Shown here: piece by piece, positions 15,453 through 20,000 of the stretch
Layout of the letters: every line of letters starts with the position of its first letter
How positions within the stretch are numbered: the stretch's first letter is position 1
DNA from: an uncultured virus (IMG/VR IMGVR_UViG_3300010883_000016)
Lineage: Duplodnaviria; Heunggongvirae; Uroviricota; Caudoviricetes
DNA length: 20,000 nt
Reading direction: 5' to 3' (one strand)
Virus record (IMG/VR): IMGVR_UViG_3300010883_000016
Notes under the pieces: generated by a model
What the model was told of the DNA's origin: nothing
The model's database searches: none
What the model saw: the letters and a program-made list of their open reading frames with translations, nothing else
Program-made: the position numbers and the translations under genes

Positions 15453-15525
15453 TCCCCGATAGCTCAGTTGGTAGAGCGGCTGACTGTTAATCAGCTTGTC
15501 GTAGGTTCGAATCCTGCTCGGGGAG
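15453..15525 (+). tRNA. tRNA-Asn(GTT), no encoded CCA
   Basis: TCCCCGA/TCGGGGA; GCTGA-CTGTTAA-TCAGC; G73. Confidence 0.96.
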
Positions 15526-15545
15526 CAGCCTAGCATTAGGATATA

Positions 15546-15773
15546 ATGATGACTAAGAAGCGACAGTCTGGCTCTAAAGCTCAGCGTCAAAATCAACACA
15601 TGCGTAAACTTATGATGAAGATTAATAGGTTTAAAAAGCGTGAGTGGAATGCTGAGGGTTTGGAAAAAGAACTTTCTTATTGCTCTGGTGATGCAGAAAG
15701 GCCTTCTTTCAAAACTGCACGCGCCGCTGATTTAAGGTTTAGAAACTTTAGAGGCGATGTAAGGTCAGAATAG
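15546..15773 (+). CDS. Small basic hypothetical protein
   Basis: AGGA RBS; K/R-rich. Confidence 0.65.
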   Translation: MMTKKRQSGSKAQRQNQHMRKLMMKINRFKKREWNAEGLEKELSYCSGDAERPSFKTARAADLRFRNFRGDVRSE

Positions 15774-15818
15774 TAAGGTTTATTGATATTTATTTCCAAT
15801 ACGCTATATTTGGTTAGA

Positions 15819-15903
15819 GGCCGGATGGTGGAATTGGTATACACATCAGACTTAAAATCTGACGCCATAAGGCTTACGGGTTCGAGTCCCGTTCCGGCTA
15901 CCA
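15819..15903 (+). tRNA. tRNA-Leu(TAA)
   Basis: GGCCGGA/TCCGGCT; TCAGA-CTTAAAA-TCTGA; long variable arm; CCA; preceded by the core ATTTATTTCC-AATA-CGCTAT (15788-15807). Confidence 0.96.
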
Positions 15904-15926
15904 ACCAATAATCCGTAGGGGATATA

Positions 15927-16100
15927 ATGAGTCAAAGAAAGGAAGAGCGTAGGGCAGAAGGGGAGTCGCGTGCAGAAGAGCGTGCAAAGCGTACGCCACA
16001 GCAACAACTGGGCTTGCTTGATAAAAGATTGGGGAAGGGCGTTGGTGCCGTGCGCGAACGAAAGCACTTGCATAAACTTTCAAAACCCAGTACTAATTAA
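15927..16100 (+). CDS. Small basic hypothetical phage protein (57 aa, not in ORF track)
   Basis: AGGGG RBS; MSQRKEERRAEGESRAEERAKRTPQQQLGLLDKRLGKGVGAVRER... Confidence 0.7.
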   Translation: MSQRKEERRAEGESRAEERAKRTPQQQLGLLDKRLGKGVGAVRERKHLHKLSKPSTN

Positions 16101-16113
16101 AATATTTGATTGA

Positions 16114-16190
16114 GCGCCAGTAGCTCAGTTGGATAGAGCATCGGCCTTCTAAGCCGAGGGTCAGAGGTTCGAGCCCTCTCTGGCGTGCCA
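16114..16190 (+). tRNA. tRNA-Arg(TCT)
   Basis: GCGCCAG/CTGGCGT; TCGGC-CTTCTAA-GCCGA; CCA. Confidence 0.96.
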
Positions 16191-16206
16191 TATATGGGAG
16201 TTAAGC

Positions 16207-16401
16207 ATGGATGAGTACGAATTCAATATTACTATTGTGGGAACAGGAGTTGATGTTGATTCGGCCTTTCAAAAGGCACTTGATATGCTTGCAGAGAATC
16301 CCTTTGATGTAATAAAGGGCGAGGTGGTCTATGTTAATGCGACCACAGTTGAAGCGGAAGTGGAAGATGAAGCGGAAGTAGAAGATGAATTAGTGAATTA
16401 A
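16207..16401 (+). CDS. Small acidic hypothetical protein
   Basis: GGGAG RBS; EAEVED tandem repeat in the tail. Confidence 0.7.
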   Translation: MDEYEFNITIVGTGVDVDSAFQKALDMLAENPFDVIKGEVVYVNATTVEAEVEDEAEVEDELVN

Positions 16402-16625
16402 GGAAGCTAACAGCAGCCAATTACTTTCCAGACTATAAGTAAATGTTTCCTGTCTTATTTAAGGGTAGACGCAGCAAAGTATAAATACGAAAAAGTGTAC
16501 GTTAAGTATGACTCTCATCAGGAAGGCATGAAGGGAGTATAAAAAATTTAGATGTCTAACTACCCTGTTTTATTCTAATGGATGCTAACAGCATATTTTT
16601 TTAAGATTTAAAAAACGCATCCTGT
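16401..16625 (+). ncRNA. Array of three structured CAGCA-motif RNA units upstream of the DUF2828 gene
   Basis: AGGAAGC-TAA-CAGCA...GTTTCCT-GT; AGGGTAG-ACG-CAGCA...CTACCCT-GT; GGATGC-TAA-CAGCA...GCATCC-TGT. Confidence 0.65.
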
Positions 16626-16646
16626 TCAAACATAGCGGAGATCGAA

Positions 16647-18194
16647 ATGGAACCAAGAAAGACTAACGGACCTCGTATGATCACTCCAGAAGGGCACACG
16701 CGCTCGGAGTTTCTTTCTGCACTTTCAGCAGACGGGAAGACTCTTACTGAGAATAACTGTGTTACTCACGTAACAAGTTCATCTCCGCTTGTGGATTTGT
16801 TTTTTAAAATTGCAGCTATGCGTGGCGCAAGTGACTATGATATTATTGCCACTTTTGAGCCCGCAATTCAGCATGATGCTGAATCTGCATTGAAGATTCT
16901 TTTTTGGGCGCGTGATATTCGTGGCGGGCAAGGTGAGCGAAAAGTCTTTAGGACAATCGTTTCACACCTTGCACATAACTATGCGGATATTTTGCGTCCA
17001 AGCGTCAGACTCTTTCCTGTTTACGGGCGATGGGATGACGTTTTGGGCCTCCTCTCTACACCATTAGAAGGTGAGGCGTTGGCGTTCATTGATGACGCTC
17101 TAACTGGCAAGCTCTCTTCGTCTGAGGCATCTTTGTGTGCTAAGTGGATGCCGAGAGAAAAGTCTGCAAAGCCTGTTCTTGCAAAGAAGATTCGCTCTTA
17201 TATGGGCATGTCTTCTGTTGCATACAGAAAACTCCTAAGCGGTCTTTCAAGCACGGTAGAGTCTGATATGTGCTCCAACAATTGGGATGGGATTGAGTAC
17301 TCTCATATTCCATCCGTGGCGATGAACCTTTATAAAAAGGCTTTTGCTCGCCACAGTCCTGAGCGGTGGGATTCCTACCTTTCAGATCTAAAGTCCGGGA
17401 CCGCAAAGGTTAACGCTTCTGTCCTATATCCATATCAGGTTATTAAGCCTCTAATGGAACATTATAGTATGGATGACGATGACAGCCTGGATGAGGGAGG
17501 TAAGCTTATTGCCGAGAAGCAATGGGAGGGCCTTCCTAATTATCTGATGAACAATCCCTACCGGATTCTTCCAGTAATTGATACTTCTGGAAGTATGATG
17601 GACGGCTGCCATACTACAGGTCCAGCCCCAATTGATGTATCTGTTTCTCTTGGCCTTTATATTGCTGAGAAAAACAACGGCCCCTTCAAGGATCACTTCC
17701 TTACATTCTCGGGCACTCCAACCCTGCAACGTATTAATGGCTCAGATCTTTATAGTAAGGTCCAAAACCTTAAGCGTGCAGATTGGGGCATGAATACAAA
17801 TATTGAGGCTACTTTTGACCAAATCCTCGGAAGTGCTTTATCTAACGATATTGCTGAAGAGGACATGCCAAACATGATTCTTATCCTTTCTGATATGGAA
17901 TTCGATCAGGCTGCCGGTAATAGTTATACCAGCACCGCAATGGAATCCATTAGGGCTAAGTATTCTAAGGCAGGGTATAAGCTTCCGAACATTGTTTTTT
18001 GGAATCTTGCCGCTCGGGGCTCCAATTTCCCTGTAAAGTTTGATGAGTTGGGTACCGCTATGGTATCTGGATTTAGTCCAGCTATTCTTGTGCAAATTCT
18101 TTCTTCTGGTGTAATTAGTGCAGAGGCAATTATGAATGAGGTACTAACTAGCGAACGTTACGGTGCGATTGGTAAACTTGATTACACCATCTAG
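16647..18194 (+). CDS. DUF2828-family protein (helical TROVE-like N-terminal domain + vWA domain)
   Basis: TEN...SS.PLVDLFF; FWARDIRGGQGER; YGRWDD; AKWMPRE; MIDAS DTSGS; WGMNTN; ILSDMEFD; FWNL; VSGFSP. Confidence 0.88.
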   Translation: MEPRKTNGPRMITPEGHTRSEFLSALSADGKTLTENNCVTHVTSSSPLVDLFFKIAAMRGASDYDIIATFEPAIQHDAESALKILFWARDIRGGQGERKVFRTIVSHLAHNYADILRPSVRLFPVYGRWDDVLGLLSTPLEGEALAFIDDALTGKLSSSEASLCAKWMPREKSAKPVLAKKIRSYMGMSSVAYRKLLSGLSSTVESDMCSNNWDGIEYSHIPSVAMNLYKKAFARHSPERWDSYLSDLKSGTAKVNASVLYPYQVIKPLMEHYSMDDDDSLDEGGKLIAEKQWEGLPNYLMNNPYRILPVIDTSGSMMDGCHTTGPAPIDVSVSLGLYIAEKNNGPFKDHFLTFSGTPTLQRINGSDLYSKVQNLKRADWGMNTNIEATFDQILGSALSNDIAEEDMPNMILILSDMEFDQAAGNSYTSTAMESIRAKYSKAGYKLPNIVFWNLAARGSNFPVKFDELGTAMVSGFSPAILVQILSSGVISAEAIMNEVLTSERYGAIGKLDYTI

Positions 18195-18197
18195 CTA

Positions 18198-18273
18198 GCC
18201 GCTGTAGCTCAGCTGGCAGAGCAGCTGATTTGTAATCAGCAGGTCGTAGGTTCGATCCCTATCAGCGGCTCCA
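18198..18273 (+). tRNA. tRNA-Thr(TGT)
   Basis: GCCGCTG/CAGCGGC; GCTGA-TTTGTAA-TCAGC; CCA; starts 4 nt after the DUF2828 stop. Confidence 0.96.
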
Positions 18274-18285
18274 GAAAGAAAAGAT

Positions 18286-18465
18286 ATGAAAAAACTATTG
18301 ATAATCTTGTTGATTTTTGCACTCTACCTTGGTAGTATTATACTAACAAGTGAGCCTAGGGTGAGCGTGGTTGCTCCAAATGGCACCGTCACAATTGATG
18401 CAGAGGAAGTAACAATTAATAATTCAAAAGATATTAAAGAATATTTAATTGGGATTAAACCATGA
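18286..18465 (+). CDS. Small secreted or membrane protein (59 aa, not in ORF track)
   Basis: MKKLLIILLIFALYLGSIIL signal-like N-terminus; ATGA overlap with the next gene. Confidence 0.6.
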   Translation: MKKLLIILLIFALYLGSIILTSEPRVSVVAPNGTVTIDAEEVTINNSKDIKEYLIGIKP

Positions 18466-18710
18466 GTAGTTCTCTTTTTACAGTTAAAGGAAGCGGATCA
18501 TTTCCCTTTATAATGCTTCAAAAGGGTAGGTGCCACCCTGTTAGTGAAAAGGATGTTGATAATTTATTCAATTATTCTGGTCAAAGAACTATAAACTTAC
18601 GCGGTCAGCTTCCAAGTGATGATCTTTGGATGGTATATGGATGGTCTATAATTTCAAGGCCACCCATTTATAATGATGATTGTGAACACTATCATACCTG
18701 GCCTTGTTAG
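18462..18710 (+). CDS. Hypothetical protein
   Basis: FTV.G.G.FP..ML....C.P motif; ATGA coupling. Confidence 0.7.
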   Translation: MSSSLFTVKGSGSFPFIMLQKGRCHPVSEKDVDNLFNYSGQRTINLRGQLPSDDLWMVYGWSIISRPPIYNDDCEHYHTWPC

Positions 18711-18729
18711 AAAGGGGTAATTATGCCAA

Positions 18730-19086
18730 GTGTACTACAGAGCCCGTGATTTAGCTTTACAAAATAATCACGACTATCATCTTGCGGCTTATGCAAAGAT
18801 TGGTTCCTCGTATCGTTTAGGTACGAATTCTAATAAGAACAGTACTAAGTTCAAAAGAAGATATAGAGATGGTACTTACGGGTACCACCTTCATGCTGAA
18901 ATGGATCTCATAAGACAGTTCCCAAAGGATTCTGTTAGAGAGATCACGGTTGTTAGATTTAGAAAGAATGGTGCAATGACAATGGCTATGCCATGCATAC
19001 ACTGTCAGAAATTTCTTAAGATGCATGGAGTTAAAAAAGTTTACTATACCGATTGGAATGGTAGGTGGGAAGTAATGAAGTTTTAA
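18730..19086 (+). CDS. Zinc-dependent CMP/dCMP-type (cytidine/adenosine deaminase fold) deaminase
   Basis: HAE and PCxxC zinc ligands; H.AA...G.N start; G(V)KKVYYT end; GTG start is uncertain. Confidence 0.85.
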   Translation: MYYRARDLALQNNHDYHLAAYAKIGSSYRLGTNSNKNSTKFKRRYRDGTYGYHLHAEMDLIRQFPKDSVREITVVRFRKNGAMTMAMPCIHCQKFLKMHGVKKVYYTDWNGRWEVMKF

Positions 19087-19103
19087 ACGACTTCATTATG
19101 CCT

Positions 19104-19142
19104 GGGGAGAGAGGTTTTGGTTGAGCCTCTCTCCCCTTTTTT
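19104..19142 (+). terminator. Intrinsic terminator
   Basis: GGGGAGAGAGGTTT/GAGCCTCTCTCCCC followed by T6. Confidence 0.85.
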
Positions 19143-19148
19143 GTCTTG

Positions 19149-19237
19149 TGCGACAATATATTTATTACGCCAAACTAACCCTACTTAAATTACGCCAGGT
19201 CCGCCGGCAAGATTTTAAGCAGCTCGCTGCGACAATA
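19149..19237 (+). repeat. Pair of TGCGACAATA boxes between convergent terminators
   Basis: Exact copies at 19149 and 19228. Confidence 0.75.
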
Positions 19238-19251
19238 TATTTATTTCAAAC

Positions 19252-19288
19252 AAAAAAGCCCCTAGAGAAACTTAATTCCCTAGGGGCT
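19252..19288 (-). terminator. Intrinsic terminator of paralog copy 3
   Basis: AGCCCCTAG...CTAGGGGCT with an A-run on + (U-run on -). Confidence 0.75.
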
Positions 19289-19310
19289 AATTACGATGAC
19301 TGACTAGTTA

Positions 19311-19778
19311 TTACTCGTCGCTATCATACTCCTCAGTCTCAGGAGTAGTGCCAGCATCAGCAGGACTCTTAGTAAGAGAGCCAGCTGCTGTCTCTACAAG
19401 AGAGACAGTAGAGCGGAGCAAACCGACAACTTCAGAGAACCGATCAGAAGGGATCTTAGCAGGCTTAGAACCCTTTCCACCACGAACTCGGAAGGTAATC
19501 ACACCGTCAATATTACGGATAGTATCACGAACCATTTCGGCGGGGGAAAGATCGTCATCAGGAATCTCCTGAATGCCGTTATCAACAACTTCCTCAAGAG
19601 CCGCGACATACTCATCAAACTCATCAACAGAGAGCTTCTGAGCACCAGAACCCTTGCCACGATTAGTAGCGAAAGAAACACTGATATCACCAGTCTCTTC
19701 ATCAGCAGAGACACTCATGGTCTGCTTAATAGTATCGACCACATCCTCAGTGGTTTCATCAACAAAAATGTTAGCCAT
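19311..19778 (-). CDS. Conserved acidic protein with two internal GKGS repeats, paralog copy 3
   Basis: MANIFVDETTEDVVDTIKQTMSV...; ATG at 19778; upstream core ATTCTTTTTT-ACTG-TGTTAT on - (19838-19857). Confidence 0.93.
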   Translation of the reverse strand: MANIFVDETTEDVVDTIKQTMSVSADEETGDISVSFATNRGKGSGAQKLSVDEFDEYVAALEEVVDNGIQEIPDDDLSPAEMVRDTIRNIDGVITFRVRGGKGSKPAKIPSDRFSEVVGLLRSTVSLVETAAGSLTKSPADAGTTPETEEYDSDE

Positions 19779-20000
19779 TTTATATTCCAATTTTCTAGAG
19801 TTACGTGGCTTGCTGCTCATCAGCACCACATCAGACCATAACACAGTAAAAAAGAATCTAATTAAATCTATCTAATACAATCTCAGTATAACTATGCGTA
19901 TCTAACATCGCTTAAAGTAGGGAGCTCGGGGGACACGTATGATTTAAAGGTCATTAGATAGATAGTAAGGATGCGTAATAGCCACCAGGTCGTCGAGCTC

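Noticed and set aside
239..19237. CRISPR array or integron attC interpretation of the repeated box
   Set aside because: The repeat is only 10 bp and irregularly spaced by whole genes; no GTTRRRY/RYYYAAC attC structure and no cas or integrase gene in the window.
1..20000. Stop-codon reassignment as in some large phages
   Set aside because: TAA, TAG and TGA all end well-supported genes, long genes are uninterrupted in code 11, and no suppressor tRNA is present.

Overview
This 20 kb window most likely comes from a large (jumbo-type) dsDNA phage or phage-like element using the standard genetic code; the host cannot be determined from the window. It is an accessory/early-type region of short, mostly + strand hypothetical genes. 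Recognisable genes: the 3' end of an ArdC/IrrE-like metallopeptidase gene, a calcineurin-like metallophosphoesterase, a SprT-like protease, a DUF1281/YubB-like protein, an ATP-dependent DNA ligase, an Hc1-like protein, a DUF2828 (TROVE-like + vWA) protein and a zinc-dependent CMP/dCMP-type deaminase. There are six tRNAs: Lys-TTT, CAT (probably Ile2), Asn-GTT, Leu-TAA, Arg-TCT and Thr-TGT. The most notable signals are non-coding or repeated: (1) three tandem covarying 'stem-NNR-CAGCA-variable-stem-TGT' RNA units directly upstream of the DUF2828 gene; (2) an intergenic box, TGCGACAATA (15 exact copies plus variants), often at fixed spacing to an ATTTAT...-N4-YRCTAT promoter-like core and marking promoter-gene-hairpin modules; (3) two tandem 30-nt H-type pseudoknots of identical geometry followed by a tRNA-like RNA lacking a D-arm; (4) a structured GC-rich leader or ncRNA of about 270 nt; (5) three dispersed, highly conserved paralogs of an internally repeated acidic protein. 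All family calls are from visual motif recognition; no database searches were run.
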